From an uncultured Candidatus Saccharibacteria bacterium (GTDB lineage: Bacteria; Patescibacteriota; Minisyncoccia; 2-02-FULL-40-12; GWA2-44-9), in contig CAYUJB010000002.1 of NCBI GenBank assembly GCA_964444955.1, positions 972-64,971 of the forward strand: DNA of 64,000 bases. The letters run 5' to 3'. Of this stretch, positions 18,277 through 28,396 are shown piece by piece (position 1 is the first letter of the stretch; every line of letters starts with the position of its first letter). Made by a program: the position numbers and the translations under genes. Below the pieces are notes generated by a model. That model had not been told where the DNA came from and searched no databases. It saw only the letters and a program-made list of their open reading frames with translations.

Positions 18277-19038
18277 ATGACTGATCCCTATACAATACTT
18301 GGCGTAAAGCCCGGCGCTTCTGCTGACGAAATCAAGAAAGCGTATCGGAAGCTCGCCCATCAACACCATCCCGATAAAAAGGGTGGTAATGAAGCGCGCT
18401 TCAAAGAGGTCAACGAGGCGTACCAAATCCTCTCAGATCCCGACAAGAAGGCGCGCTATGATCGCTATGGCGATGCTGGCCAGCAGGCGGGTGGATTTGG
18501 TGGCGGCGGATTCCAGGATGCGCACTTCGATTTCGGGGGCGCAGGCGGTGGATTCGAAAATATTTTCGATATGTTTTCGGGCATGTCGGGCGGCGCATCG
18601 CGTAGCAGACCCGAGAAAGGCGAGGATCTTCATTTAAATATTTCAGTTGAGAGCAAAGATTTCGGCAAAAAGAAAGTCTACGAATTCGAAGCATTTCACT
18701 CTTGCAACGAGTGCGACGGCAGCGGCGCGAAAGATGCGAATTTTAGAACGTGTAGCGAGTGTGGTGGGCAGGGGCGTGTCCAGCGTGCGGTGCGCACGCC
18801 ATTTGGTACGTTTGCCCAGGCCGCGGTCTGCACCACGTGCAGTGGCGATGGCCAGATGCCAGAGCAGGTATGCGGTGTCTGCAGCGGCACTGGTCGCAGC
18901 AAGGCCAAACGCACGCTTGAGGTGCACATCCCCAAAGACATCCCCGACAACTATCTCATCGCATTCCCTATGGCCGGTAACGCCGGTCTCCAAGGCGTCC
19001 CCGCTGGTGATCTCCTTGTCACGATTCGTAGAAAATAA
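18277..19038 (+). CDS. dnaJ: DnaJ-like co-chaperone, truncated architecture (J domain, G/F region, four CxxCxGxG zinc fingers; C-terminal substrate-binding domains largely absent)
   Basis: HPD motif (HQHHPDKK), Gly/Phe-rich stretch, CNECDGSG / CSECGGQG / CTTCSGDG / CGVCSGTG. Only 253 aa, against about 375 for canonical DnaJ. Confidence 0.8.
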   Translation: MTDPYTILGVKPGASADEIKKAYRKLAHQHHPDKKGGNEARFKEVNEAYQILSDPDKKARYDRYGDAGQQAGGFGGGGFQDAHFDFGGAGGGFENIFDMFSGMSGGASRSRPEKGEDLHLNISVESKDFGKKKVYEFEAFHSCNECDGSGAKDANFRTCSECGGQGRVQRAVRTPFGTFAQAAVCTTCSGDGQMPEQVCGVCSGTGRSKAKRTLEVHIPKDIPDNYLIAFPMAGNAGLQGVPAGDLLVTIRRK

Positions 19039-19039
19039 G

Positions 19040-19072
19040 AAAAAGCCCCCCGCCGATGGCGGGGGGTTGTGC
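19040..19072. terminator. Bidirectional rho-independent terminator (GCCCCCCGCC-GATG-GCGGGGGGT)
   Basis: 10-bp GC stem flanked by an A-run and a T-run on opposite strands. Confidence 0.7.
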
Positions 19073-19077
19073 GGTGG

Positions 19078-19425
19078 TCATGCTTGCTCATCCCAAAGGT
19101 GCGCCATGCGCCAGACCGCCAGTTGATCAAACCCGAGCTGGTAGTACAGCGCCCACACTTCGCGGGGCGTGGCACACAGCTTGTACCAGTTGGCCGCAAC
19201 AGACGGATCGGAAATATTGATCGGTTCACGGAAGTTTCCGTCGGGCGTCATCCCGAATCGTGCCAAGGCGATTGACCGATTATCCACAAACCACTCGCGC
19301 TGATCGAATTTCGGTTCCGCTCCTCGCAGGAAAAGAATTACTCGATCTGCGTCGATGTCCGGCAGGTGCACACTCACAAAGAGGGCGCGTTGCACAAAAG
19401 TGCCCGACGCTTCCATTCTTGCCAT
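19078..19425 (-). CDS. Hypothetical protein (start set at MARMEASG to avoid overlap with efp)
   Basis: ORF of 116-133 aa with no recognisable motif. Confidence 0.4.
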   Translation of the reverse strand: MARMEASGTFVQRALFVSVHLPDIDADRVILFLRGAEPKFDQREWFVDNRSIALARFGMTPDGNFREPINISDPSVAANWYKLCATPREVWALYYQLGFDQLAVWRMAHLWDEQA

Positions 19426-19453
19426 TTCTACTCCTTCGTTGGTAGGGTACGAA

Positions 19454-20020
19454 CTATTTAGCGCGCTCCACGTACTCACCGGTTTCGGTGTTGACGATAA
19501 TATCGTCGCCTTCGTTCACAAACAGAGGGACGTTGAGAGTCGCACCTGTGTCGATTTTAACCTGCTTGGTGCCGCCGGTGGCTGTGTCACCGCGAATACC
19601 AGGGGGTGCCTCAACCACCTTGAACTGCATCTTGATCGGTAGCGAGATGTTGATGACGTCGCCATTCCAGTTGAGCGACTCGAGGATGGTGTTCGGTTTC
19701 AAAAACAGCGCGCTATCGCCAACGAGTTCGCTGCTCAATTCAAAACGATCGGAAGCATCCTTCGGATTCACAAACATAAACTTGTCGCGATGTGCGTACA
19801 AGAACTTCACTTCTTTGCGCTCCACGTCGGCCTCTTCAAAAAAGTCTGACTGGGCGAGATTGCGCTCGAGCACCTTGCCGTTGAGCAGGTTGCGCATGCG
19901 TGTCTGCACCACGGGACGACGCTGTTGCATCTTAAGGTGGTGTGTCTCCAGCACGATATACGGCGCGTCTTCGTAGATGAAATACGTTTTTGGCTTGAGA
20001 TCGTTTACTCCAAGTGACAT
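19454..20020 (-). CDS. efp: Elongation factor P
   Basis: 188 aa with the three-domain EF-P pattern (KPKTYFIYEDAPYIVLE... VNEGDDIIVNTETGEYVERAK). Confidence 0.9.
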   Translation of the reverse strand: MSLGVNDLKPKTYFIYEDAPYIVLETHHLKMQQRRPVVQTRMRNLLNGKVLERNLAQSDFFEEADVERKEVKFLYAHRDKFMFVNPKDASDRFELSSELVGDSALFLKPNTILESLNWNGDVINISLPIKMQFKVVEAPPGIRGDTATGGTKQVKIDTGATLNVPLFVNEGDDIIVNTETGEYVERAK

Positions 20021-20097
20021 GGGTATGAGATTAATTTGACGTTTGATTCTAGCAGAAATCGAGGCCTACGTCCAGAGAAGTTACGCCGCTCAATCGA

Positions 20098-20865
20098 CTA
20101 TGCCCTCCGGAAGGGGAGGGTGCAGGCGAAGAGGAGACCGCCGGCTAAGATGACCAGTGGACCAGGCGAGATGCCGTATATACTCGATGCAAGAATACCA
20201 GCGAAGGCAGCAAATGCACCAAACAGTGCTGAGAGCAGCGAATATTGTGCCAACGATGGCGAGATGTTGCGCGCGGCTGCTGCCGGAATGATCACCAGTG
20301 AGCCGGTCAGGAGTGTGCCCGCGATGCGAAGTCCCAACGCGACGACGAGTGCAACGAGAAGAAGAAAGAGCAGCTCTGAGCGTGCAACTGAAAATCCCGA
20401 TGCTGTGGCCAGGTCTCGAGAAATCATATCAATCATGAGCGTTGGGCGAATGCGACGAACGATTCCGATGAGTGCGGTAACGGCCAAGAGAATAACGATC
20501 ACTTCGGATACGGAAACGTTGCTGATGCTTCCGAAGAGCGCCTCCAGGAGTTCAGGTTCCGGGGTAATGAGAATACCGATGGCAAGTGCGAGGGTAAAAA
20601 AGATTCCTACCAGTGTCTCTGATGGAAGCGAGGTGTGCTGTCCTAACCACCAGATTCCCACAACCGCAATAAGAAGCGCCGCGAATGCTCCAATGAAGGG
20701 ATCAACAGAAAGCAAGAGCGCTATGGCGATACCTGGAAGTGCTACGTGTGACAGTGCATCGCCCACCAGTGACATGCGACGCAATACCATGAGCGAGCCA
20801 AGATATCCCGAACCAAGCCCGATGGCGGCACCTGCGATGAGTTGAAGTACGAGTGGGTCAATCAT
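20098..20865 (-). CDS. znuB: ABC-3 family metal (Zn/Mn) ABC transporter permease
   Basis: MIDPLVLQLIAGAAIGLGSGYLGSLMVLRRMSLVGDALSHVALPGIA is typical of ZnuB/MntB-type permeases. Start set at MIDPLV, an 8-nt overlap with the ATPase gene. Confidence 0.8.
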   Translation of the reverse strand: MIDPLVLQLIAGAAIGLGSGYLGSLMVLRRMSLVGDALSHVALPGIAIALLLSVDPFIGAFAALLIAVVGIWWLGQHTSLPSETLVGIFFTLALAIGILITPEPELLEALFGSISNVSVSEVIVILLAVTALIGIVRRIRPTLMIDMISRDLATASGFSVARSELLFLLLVALVVALGLRIAGTLLTGSLVIIPAAAARNISPSLAQYSLLSALFGAFAAFAGILASSIYGISPGPLVILAGGLLFACTLPFRRA

Positions 20866-21571
20866 GGTGGCGATGTGAGTAAACCGATACGTGCTCACCA
20901 TAGAGTGTCGCGAGAGCGTGGGAGTCGAGTACTTCTGAGGGCACGCCCTGGCACGTGAGTGTCTTGTTGATGCACAGTACGGTGTCGGCATGCGCGAAGA
21001 CGACGTGTAGATCGTGGGAAATCAGAATCATAGTGAGTCCGCGCTTCTTTTTGATGCTGTCCAAGAGACTGTAAATATTTTGCTGACCAGCGATATCGAT
21101 GCCCGAGGTCGGCTCGTCAAAGAGCAGCACATCAGGATTATCGACAATAGACCACGCAATAAGCACGCGTTGCAGTTGGCCACCCGAAAGAAGTCCGAGT
21201 GGTCGATGGAGAATAGCGTTTGCATTGGCAGCGGCATCAGTGAGCCCCACGTCTTCGAGTACGTGCGCGACGCGTGATCCTCGCGCTTTTTTGAGTGCAA
21301 AAAACTCGCTCACGGTAAGGGGCAGCGAGCGCTCAACGCTCACGGTTTGTGGCACGTATGCCATCCGAATACCTGGTTTCCATGTAATGGCTCCCTGGAA
21401 GGGAATCAGACCAAGCAATGCTCGTAACAGCGTGCTCTTGCCCGAACCGTTGGGTCCCAAAATTGCGACGGTCGTGCCGCGCTCAATTGAAAACGAAATG
21501 CGCTCGAGAATGGCGCGTCCATCGAATGCTACACGTAAATCTTCTACCGCGAGTAGGTGCTGATCCTCCAT
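20858..21571 (-). CDS. znuC: Metal ABC transporter ATP-binding protein (ZnuC-like)
   Basis: Walker A GPNGSGKST, ABC signature LSGGQLQR, Walker B LLLFDEP. Confidence 0.85.
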   Translation of the reverse strand: MEDQHLLAVEDLRVAFDGRAILERISFSIERGTTVAILGPNGSGKSTLLRALLGLIPFQGAITWKPGIRMAYVPQTVSVERSLPLTVSEFFALKKARGSRVAHVLEDVGLTDAAANANAILHRPLGLLSGGQLQRVLIAWSIVDNPDVLLFDEPTSGIDIAGQQNIYSLLDSIKKKRGLTMILISHDLHVVFAHADTVLCINKTLTCQGVPSEVLDSHALATLYGEHVSVYSHRHHD

Positions 21572-22497
21572 TAGACAAGCATACCATCCGCGAGTGACGG
21601 GTGTCCACGCAAAAACGTTGCGATGTCTTGCTGGGTCGAGCCCTCAAGCTGCACACGCTCGAGTACCAGACTCCCCGCACCGCATGCAACGATGAGGGCG
21701 TCACCATCACGGTGTACGCCTCCAGGTGCGGCGGCGTCACGATCCTGCGCGTGTGCTCGGAATATGTTCAGCGTCTTACCCTCCCACGTGGTCCATGTGC
21801 CGGGGTTGGTGCCCAGTGCGCGGATGCGATTGACGATTGCGTGTGCAGATTGCGACCAATCAATGCGACCATCTTCACGGGTGAATTTTTTGGTGAAGGT
21901 CGCTTTGCTGTCATCCTGGGCAACCGGGGAGCACGAACCATTCAGGTAGGCGGGTAGGGTAGAAAGTAAGAGCTGGGCGCCCACACGCGCAATCTCCACT
22001 TCACACTCAGGGGTGGTTGCAGTGCCGGGTATGTTCCAGGGCGAAGTGGCTAAGACGGGTCCGTGGTCCTGCTCGGTGTCCAAAAGCATAATGCTCACGC
22101 CGGTGGTGGTCTGGCCATCGAGAATTGCCGATGGGATAGGAGACGGTCCTCGGTACGCTGGCAGGAGCGAGGGGTGGATGTTCAGCCATCCCTTAGGAAC
22201 GCTTGTCAAAAGGCGCTCAGGTATGAGCTTCCCATAGGCCACAACGACGCACAGGGACGCTCCCAAGGCCTCAAATTGACCCCAGAACGCATCATCTTTG
22301 AGGGTTGAGGGCTTAAGCACTTGGATGCCCAAACGCTCGGCCTCAAGAGCAACAGGCGACGGGGTGAGAATACGCTTGCGCCCCTGGGGTTTATCGGGTG
22401 CAGTGACGACCGCTACGGGGCGGTAGGAAGAGTCGGCAAGTGCCTGCAGCGCCGGCACCGCAAACGCTGGGGTTCCAAAAAAGACGATATTTGACAT
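21571..22497 (-). CDS. fmt: Methionyl-tRNA formyltransferase
   Basis: IVFFGTPAFAVPAL... an HPSLLPAYRG motif and the C-terminal Fmt domain. Confidence 0.9.
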   Translation of the reverse strand: MSNIVFFGTPAFAVPALQALADSSYRPVAVVTAPDKPQGRKRILTPSPVALEAERLGIQVLKPSTLKDDAFWGQFEALGASLCVVVAYGKLIPERLLTSVPKGWLNIHPSLLPAYRGPSPIPSAILDGQTTTGVSIMLLDTEQDHGPVLATSPWNIPGTATTPECEVEIARVGAQLLLSTLPAYLNGSCSPVAQDDSKATFTKKFTREDGRIDWSQSAHAIVNRIRALGTNPGTWTTWEGKTLNIFRAHAQDRDAAAPGGVHRDGDALIVACGAGSLVLERVQLEGSTQQDIATFLRGHPSLADGMLV

Positions 22498-22565
22498 TAT
22501 GTATGAAATATGCTATACTTAAATCTGAAGCGCTCTTGCTTCCCATACTAGGTCAGGAGGCCTGT

Positions 22566-22775
22566 ATGCACAAGTTCTTCCAGTTCCTTCGAGTGGAGGC
22601 TGATCGCCTCTTGACGGTGACGGGAATGATGCTAATGGTCATTTCCGGCATCGAGTACGTCTACTACCCGATCCAAAATTGGTGGGTATTCTTGACTGGG
22701 CTGATGGGGGTCGTCGCTGGCTTCATGCTGATGATCTGGCGCGACAGCATGCGGTTCCCGGAAGTGAAGAAGTAA
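22566..22775 (+). CDS. Hypothetical small two-TM membrane protein (about 69 aa)
   Basis: SD AGGAGG 7 nt before the ATG. Two hydrophobic helices. Followed by a clean terminator. Confidence 0.4.
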   Translation: MHKFFQFLRVEADRLLTVTGMMLMVISGIEYVYYPIQNWWVFLTGLMGVVAGFMLMIWRDSMRFPEVKK

Positions 22776-22792
22776 CGATCACGTCCGGCTCA

Positions 22793-22830
22793 GCCCCCTG
22801 AAACATGGGGGCTTTGTTTTTTACGCTTAC
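22793..22830 (+). terminator. Rho-independent terminator (GCCCCC-TGAAACAT-GGGGGC followed by TTTGTTTTTT)
   Basis: Seen directly in the sequence. Confidence 0.6.
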
Positions 22831-23300
22831 CCCTTAACGCTTTTGCTTGCGCTTTTGTTCTTGATAGTTGTCCCGTACAGATGATCCGTCTCATGCTGCA
22901 GCACGCGAGCGAGCATACCTCGTGCACGAAATTTGACCCGCTCGCCATTACCATCGAGTGCTTTAAACATTATCTTCTTGGCACGTGTGATCTGGACCCA
23001 GAAACCAGGAATTGAGAGGCACCCTTCTTCGAGCTCATCGCGTTCGATGCCGTACTCGGTGATTTCGGGATTTGCATACACTGACGGTACGCCGTGTTCG
23101 GTGGCCAGTTTTTCATCGATAACAAACAGCGCTTCGGGTCGCCCCACCTGATTGGCAGCAAGACCGATGCCGTTATTGGCGAGCATTGCCGCTTTCATGT
23201 CAGTTGCAAGCGACTCAAACAATCCTGCCTTAAGATCTTGGGTGGGTATTTTTTTGGCGCGTGTTGCCAACAATGGATGGGGGACGTGAGTAAGCTCCAT
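22827..23300 (-). CDS. def: Peptide deformylase
   Basis: GIGLAANQVG, EGCLSIPG and HETDHL metal-binding motifs. Confidence 0.9.
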   Translation of the reverse strand: MELTHVPHPLLATRAKKIPTQDLKAGLFESLATDMKAAMLANNGIGLAANQVGRPEALFVIDEKLATEHGVPSVYANPEITEYGIERDELEEGCLSIPGFWVQITRAKKIMFKALDGNGERVKFRARGMLARVLQHETDHLYGTTIKNKSASKSVKG

Positions 23301-23314
23301 ACAAATGTATTATG

Positions 23315-25222
23315 TCATGAGATGGTGCGTGGGTCAACGTCGATATTCCATCCTTCGGGCACGTACTGGAGCAGCTCCGAGAGGCGCGAAGAGGGGAGTG
23401 TGCTCTTGAGGATAATAGTTTGCGTCCATCGTCCCCCAGTTCGTTCGGTGAGGGTCGGCGCAGGACCCAGGATGCGGGTGCCCGCAGCCTTAAGGTGGGC
23501 AATTGCGCGGGTGATGCGATCAGCGGCGATAGCTGCGGCGCGCGCCGCAGCGCCTTTATCACGATGAGTAAAGCTGATTTTGATGATGCGCGAGTACGGT
23601 GGCCAGCGAAGACTGCGGCGATGCGCGAGCTCAAGCGTATAAAACTCTTTCCATTGGCGATTCACGATATAGGGAGCTAAGCCGTCGTCTTGGTAGGTCT
23701 GAAGAATCATGCGTTCGGGTTTGAAGTCGGCTAGTTTTTCCAGTTGGAGCAAGAGCCGCTCCTGCGTGCGGTAGTCGGGGTTGGTGGCAAGCATGTCTAA
23801 ATGCGGGACGATGATGGTGCCGAACGCTCGCGAATAGCGATAGCTGTTAATCATACTCGTGGCCACAAGTATGGGGTGTTCCATTGCGTCGAAGGTTGCC
23901 ACTGTGCGCACGGCGTCCTCGGGCGTAAGAATGAGATCTGAGTCGAGAATGGGAATGGAGAGTTTTGGATATCCGAATCGGTCGAGAGTAGTATTGATTG
24001 CTTCCACGAGTTTTTGACTTCCCGGAGTCCCCGACGGCTTGAGTGCCCCTGCTTTGCAGGTCGGGCACTGTTTCGGGACGGTGCGAAAGGCGCCGCAGTG
24101 GTAGCAAACCAGCATGTCTTCGCTGGTGCGATGCCAGCGAAGTGGTATCTCGCACGTCGCGCAAGGGATGGGAGTCGTGCACCGCGAGCAGCGTGCAACC
24201 GTCGCGTAGCCACGACGCGCGGAAAACAGGAGCAATGACTTCTTATGCTCGTAGGCGTCCAAGATTGCATCTTGAGCAGCGCGACCAAAGAGTGTGCGCT
24301 GGCCAGCTTGTTGCTCTGATTCTGCCGTCGAGAGCGTGATTGCCGGCCAATACGGTTTTTCATCATGCACCGCGAGGGTAGCCGATTGTGTGAAGTGGTA
24401 CTGGACGGTGCTCATCGCGGGAGTCAGCCATGTAATGCGCGCTCCGTGGAGCGTGGCCAGTTGCCGCGCCACATCGGACGCATTGATACGCGGCGCACTC
24501 TCGCTTTTATACACTTCGTTGAGTGGGTCTTCTACGATCACCTGCGTGAGTGCAGTCCACGGCAAAAAAAGAGCACTCCGTGTCCCTACAACGGTGGTGA
24601 TGGTGCCACTGAGAACTCCTCGATAGAGCGTTCGATACTCGGTCGCTTTGAGCCCCGTGTGTACACAGTGTGCTTGTGGACCGATCAAACGGGTGAGAGT
24701 TTCTGCGAGAAGTCGGTCGGGTACGAGGATAAGTGTTTGCCCGTTTGCATTGCTGACCAGTTTGCGAAGTATCGCTAGCGCGGTTTCAGGTTGAGTCACG
24801 TACATGATTCCCTCGAGAGGTGCCGCTCGTTGCAGCGCCACCGCTGCACTGTGGTCGGTCAACGACCCGCGCTTGCCAATAAACGCAGGCGCCACGGCAT
24901 TGAGTGCAGTTGCGAGCGAGCATGCATACTGCGTCGATATCCATCGAGCGAGCTCTAGTTGTCCCGCTGTGAGTTGTGGCGCCTCTGATACGACATCTCG
25001 TAATTTCTTGAGTGCAAAAGATGACTTCTTAAGCGACAGCTTGCTGCTGCGGATGTCCTGGCAATCCAATACAATTGCCAGGATCGTGCGCTTACCGATG
25101 GGAGCGTGCACCAAACTGCCGCGGACGAGAGACTCCGACCAAAAGTAATCCAATACCGCCGGTGCATGAGCTGGAAGTCGGGTCAGTGGTATCACGCGGA
25201 CGGTATACATACTGGTATTCAA
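23315..25222 (-). CDS. priA: Primosomal protein N' (PriA helicase), compact form
   Basis: Helicase core plus the characteristic Cys-rich zinc-binding insert (CSRCTTPIPCATCEIPL... CYHCGAFRTVPKQCPTCK). Confidence 0.8.
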   Translation of the reverse strand: MNTSMYTVRVIPLTRLPAHAPAVLDYFWSESLVRGSLVHAPIGKRTILAIVLDCQDIRSSKLSLKKSSFALKKLRDVVSEAPQLTAGQLELARWISTQYACSLATALNAVAPAFIGKRGSLTDHSAAVALQRAAPLEGIMYVTQPETALAILRKLVSNANGQTLILVPDRLLAETLTRLIGPQAHCVHTGLKATEYRTLYRGVLSGTITTVVGTRSALFLPWTALTQVIVEDPLNEVYKSESAPRINASDVARQLATLHGARITWLTPAMSTVQYHFTQSATLAVHDEKPYWPAITLSTAESEQQAGQRTLFGRAAQDAILDAYEHKKSLLLFSARRGYATVARCSRCTTPIPCATCEIPLRWHRTSEDMLVCYHCGAFRTVPKQCPTCKAGALKPSGTPGSQKLVEAINTTLDRFGYPKLSIPILDSDLILTPEDAVRTVATFDAMEHPILVATSMINSYRYSRAFGTIIVPHLDMLATNPDYRTQERLLLQLEKLADFKPERMILQTYQDDGLAPYIVNRQWKEFYTLELAHRRSLRWPPYSRIIKISFTHRDKGAAARAAAIAADRITRAIAHLKAAGTRILGPAPTLTERTGGRWTQTIILKSTLPSSRLSELLQYVPEGWNIDVDPRTIS

Positions 25223-25305
25223 TCATATCCACCGCCATATGCACGCCTATTGACTCTATCGAATAAAAGACATATAATTAATCTCTTCATTGAAAAGGAG
25301 TTCCT

Positions 25306-25773
25306 GTGACGTTCCAGAATACTTTGGTCCGTATTTCCGATTTCGCCATGCCAGGAGACCATGGTCCGCGCCAGCGTGCAACATGGGTGGTGGTGCCACC
25401 ACCTTCTGGGTATACCGATGAACCCACCTACTTCATTCAAGTTACGAAGAGAGATGGCAATGATCGACTACTCGGTATCCATTTCTCAGTGCCAGGCCCT
25501 CCTTCAGAAATCGAAGAAGTTCTCGTGGAGCGGGAAGTTGATACAGGTTTTTGGCTTGCAGCCGACTACCTCTCTAAGCTGTCCTCTGAACGAAAGCGAA
25601 TCCTCGCGCTCCTCCAGAGAGATACGTTTCTGGAAAAGGAACGCGACGCTCTTATTTTCTTTCGAGGCGATCGAGAGTTAGTGCACACTGCCGAACTCAT
25701 GAGTCTGATTGATCGGCTTCATACCGCGCTCCCTGAGCGGCACCTCGGGAGACCGGTTCATTTTCTAGACTAG
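25306..25773 (+). CDS. Hypothetical protein (155 aa)
   Basis: GTG start after a GGAG SD. No recognisable motif. Followed by a terminator. Confidence 0.45.
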   Translation: MTFQNTLVRISDFAMPGDHGPRQRATWVVVPPPSGYTDEPTYFIQVTKRDGNDRLLGIHFSVPGPPSEIEEVLVEREVDTGFWLAADYLSKLSSERKRILALLQRDTFLEKERDALIFFRGDRELVHTAELMSLIDRLHTALPERHLGRPVHFLD

Positions 25774-25797
25774 GAAACTTGTCCGTCGCACGTCCCA

Positions 25798-25826
25798 AAG
25801 GAGCCTCTGTGAGGCTCCTTTTTCAT
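25798..25826 (+). terminator. Rho-independent terminator (GGAGCCTC-TGT-GAGGCTCC followed by TTTTT)
   Basis: Seen directly in the sequence. Confidence 0.6.
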
Positions 25827-25853
25827 TCCCTAAAATGCTGGTATGCTAGATAC

Positions 25854-27149
25854 ATGACTGTCAAAGTACGTATTGCGCCGTCGCCGACGGGAAATCTGCA
25901 TATTGGGACTGCACGAACGGCACTTTTTAATTGGCTATTTGCTCGCCATCACGGTGGGCAGTTTATCGTGCGCATTGAGGACACTGATGTGGAACGCTCG
26001 AAAAAGGAATTTGAAGCTAATATTGTCGAAGGTTTGCATTGGCTCGGACTGGATTGGGATAATACTGAATTAATTCGGCAATCAGAACGCTTGCCGGTAT
26101 ATCGCGCGCGTCTGGAAAAGATGCTCGAAGAGGGGACTGCGGTGTGGCGTGAGTATTCCGCAGAGGAAAAAGCGGGGATGATTGCTATCGGAAAAGCGGT
26201 GCGCGATCAGGTGATTGTTTTGGTTGACCAGAGCGCTCCAGAGCGCGAGATTGCTTTTGACGACATCATTCGCGGGCGCGTCGCGGTGCTCGCAAAGAAT
26301 GTGGGGCAGATCGTGCTCGCCAAAGATCTCGATACACCATTGTATAATTTCGCCGTCGTCGTTGATGACCTGGATATGGAAATTACCCACGTCATTCGTG
26401 GCGAGGACCACATCTCCAATACTCCCAAGCAGCTGCTCATCTACGAAGCATTGCACGCAACGCCGCCACAGTTTGCACACTTGCCCCTCATCTTGGGGCA
26501 AGACCGCAGCAAGATGTCGAAGCGTCACGGCGCTACCAATATTGAGGAATACCAAAAAGATTATCTCCCGGAAGCACTCCTCTCCTTTATGGGGCAGTTG
26601 GGATACACGTATGATCAAGAGCTACTGGATAAAGACGCAATGTCCGTGCAGTTTGATTTGGGTCGCGTGCACAAATCCGGCGCGATTTTCGATGTAGTTA
26701 AGCTCAACTGGACCAACGCGCAATATATCAAGAGACTTGCACCTGCAGCATTCAAAGAGCTCGTCGGCAAGCCAGATCTTACCGATGCGGCGGTGGCGAT
26801 TATGACGGAGCGCTTGGAGCGCCTGACTGATATCGAGCAGTTTTGCTATTTATGGAAGCGACCTGAGTACGAAGCGGCGCTTTTACTCTGGAAAGAGGAT
26901 GACGCGTCCCGCGCTCGTCGCGCGCTTGAAAAGTGCCGCGCACTCATGGCCGACGCGATTGCCACCGGCGAGCAACTTGATGCCCTTGCTGTATCAGATT
27001 TTGATGGAAAGAAGGGGAGTGTGTACTGGCCACTTCGCACTGCCCTATCCGGGCAGCAACATAGTGCCGCGCCCTTGGACATCGCCGCGGCAATTGGCAT
27101 ACCTGAAACGATCGCCCGCATTGATGCGGCGATTGCTAAACTAGCATGA
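25854..27149 (+). CDS. gltX: Glutamyl-tRNA synthetase
   Basis: PSPTGNLHIGTARTAL (HIGH) and KMSKRHG (KMSKS). Start set at MTVKVR. Confidence 0.9.
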   Translation: MTVKVRIAPSPTGNLHIGTARTALFNWLFARHHGGQFIVRIEDTDVERSKKEFEANIVEGLHWLGLDWDNTELIRQSERLPVYRARLEKMLEEGTAVWREYSAEEKAGMIAIGKAVRDQVIVLVDQSAPEREIAFDDIIRGRVAVLAKNVGQIVLAKDLDTPLYNFAVVVDDLDMEITHVIRGEDHISNTPKQLLIYEALHATPPQFAHLPLILGQDRSKMSKRHGATNIEEYQKDYLPEALLSFMGQLGYTYDQELLDKDAMSVQFDLGRVHKSGAIFDVVKLNWTNAQYIKRLAPAAFKELVGKPDLTDAAVAIMTERLERLTDIEQFCYLWKRPEYEAALLLWKEDDASRARRALEKCRALMADAIATGEQLDALAVSDFDGKKGSVYWPLRTALSGQQHSAAPLDIAAAIGIPETIARIDAAIAKLA

Positions 27150-28396
27150 GGTGGATGGTGGCGGTGAGTCTGATTGTGGGCTCGCTTCTTTTCGGGTCGC
27201 TCGGTCACGCGCAAACAACCGAAGAGGCACGAATGTCGGAGCTACAGGCACAGATTAATGCGCTCGAGCAGGAGGCGGCGGCGAAGCGCGCGATTATCGC
27301 CACAACGCACGAGCAACAGGACTCGCTCAAAAAGGCTATCTCTCTGATTCAGAATCAGATCGCCGCGGTGCAAACAGAGTTGACCGCTACGGGAGTAAAA
27401 ATCAGTAAGACGAAATTGGAGATTACATCTGTCGAAGATCAAATCCGTGCAAAGCGCGACGAGATGAGCCGTAAGCGCGAGACCATTGGGCGCATGGTGT
27501 TTTTTCTGGATCGTACCGATCAGGGTAGTGTGATTGCGAATTTATTTAAATACGAAAATCTCTCTGAGTTCGTGGGCCAGGTGCATGACTTGAGTCGGGT
27601 GCAGAACGAGATTCTTACGCTTATCGAAGACATCAAAGAGGTCAAAACGGCGCTTGAGAAAGACAAAAATTCACTTGAGCAAAAACAAGGTGAACTTGAG
27701 GAGCTCAGTGAGCAGGCCGCGCAACGTGCCAATCAACTCGCGGGTGTGAAGGGTGAAAAAACACGTGTGCTCTCGGCCACCAGGGGGCAAGAAGCAACCT
27801 ACCAAAAACAACTTGCGCAGATTGAGGAGCAAAAATCCACGTACTTCAAGGAGCTCAAGGAACTGGAGCTCAAGATTATTTCGGGCGGACTCTTTATCGT
27901 ACACATCACTGCTACTTCGGTGCCATCGAAAGCAAAACTGTTTACTGCACCCGAAGAACGTACCTATATCACACAGGGCTACGGCTGTACGAAGTATGCG
28001 CGGTGCAATAACCGGCGCGGTCCCTACGGGGGTGCTCCGCACAATGGCGTGGATTATTCGGCGGGATTCGGGAGCCCTATCAAAGCAATTGGCGATGGCA
28101 AAATTGTCGCTAACGGAGTTAATAATAGTGGTTGGGGCAACTGGATAGCCATTGCGCATACCAACAACATGGTTTCGCTATATGGGCACATGAGTTCCTT
28201 TGCCAACGTGAGTGTGGGCACCGTGGTCACCGGTGGTCAGGTCATCGGCTATGAGGGTAAAACAGGAGCGGCAACGGGATCGCATCTTCACCTTTCACTC
28301 TACAAGGATTTCTTCACGTACATCAAAGACTCCAGCGGTCAGTTGAACTTCAACTATTTTGAAGGCACACTCAATCCCCTCAATTACATGCAGTAG
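27146..28396 (+). CDS. M23-family peptidoglycan endopeptidase with N-terminal coiled-coil (EnvC-like)
   Basis: Signal peptide or TM, long coiled-coil, and a C-terminal LytM domain with HNGVDY...HLHLSL motifs. Confidence 0.8.
   Translation: MRWMVAVSLIVGSLLFGSLGHAQTTEEARMSELQAQINALEQEAAAKRAIIATTHEQQDSLKKAISLIQNQIAAVQTELTATGVKISKTKLEITSVEDQIRAKRDEMSRKRETIGRMVFFLDRTDQGSVIANLFKYENLSEFVGQVHDLSRVQNEILTLIEDIKEVKTALEKDKNSLEQKQGELEELSEQAAQRANQLAGVKGEKTRVLSATRGQEATYQKQLAQIEEQKSTYFKELKELELKIISGGLFIVHITATSVPSKAKLFTAPEERTYITQGYGCTKYARCNNRRGPYGGAPHNGVDYSAGFGSPIKAIGDGKIVANGVNNSGWGNWIAIAHTNNMVSLYGHMSSFANVSVGTVVTGGQVIGYEGKTGAATGSHLHLSLYKDFFTYIKDSSGQLNFNYFEGTLNPLNYMQ

Noticed and set aside
20036-20845. 269-aa plus-strand ORF opposite the ABC permease
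   Set aside because: It is antisense to a clear ABC-3 permease and is Ser/Arg/Ala low-complexity.
23851-24778. Several 100-170 aa ORFs on both strands inside priA
   Set aside because: They overlap the PriA zinc-finger/helicase region. None has start signals or motifs.
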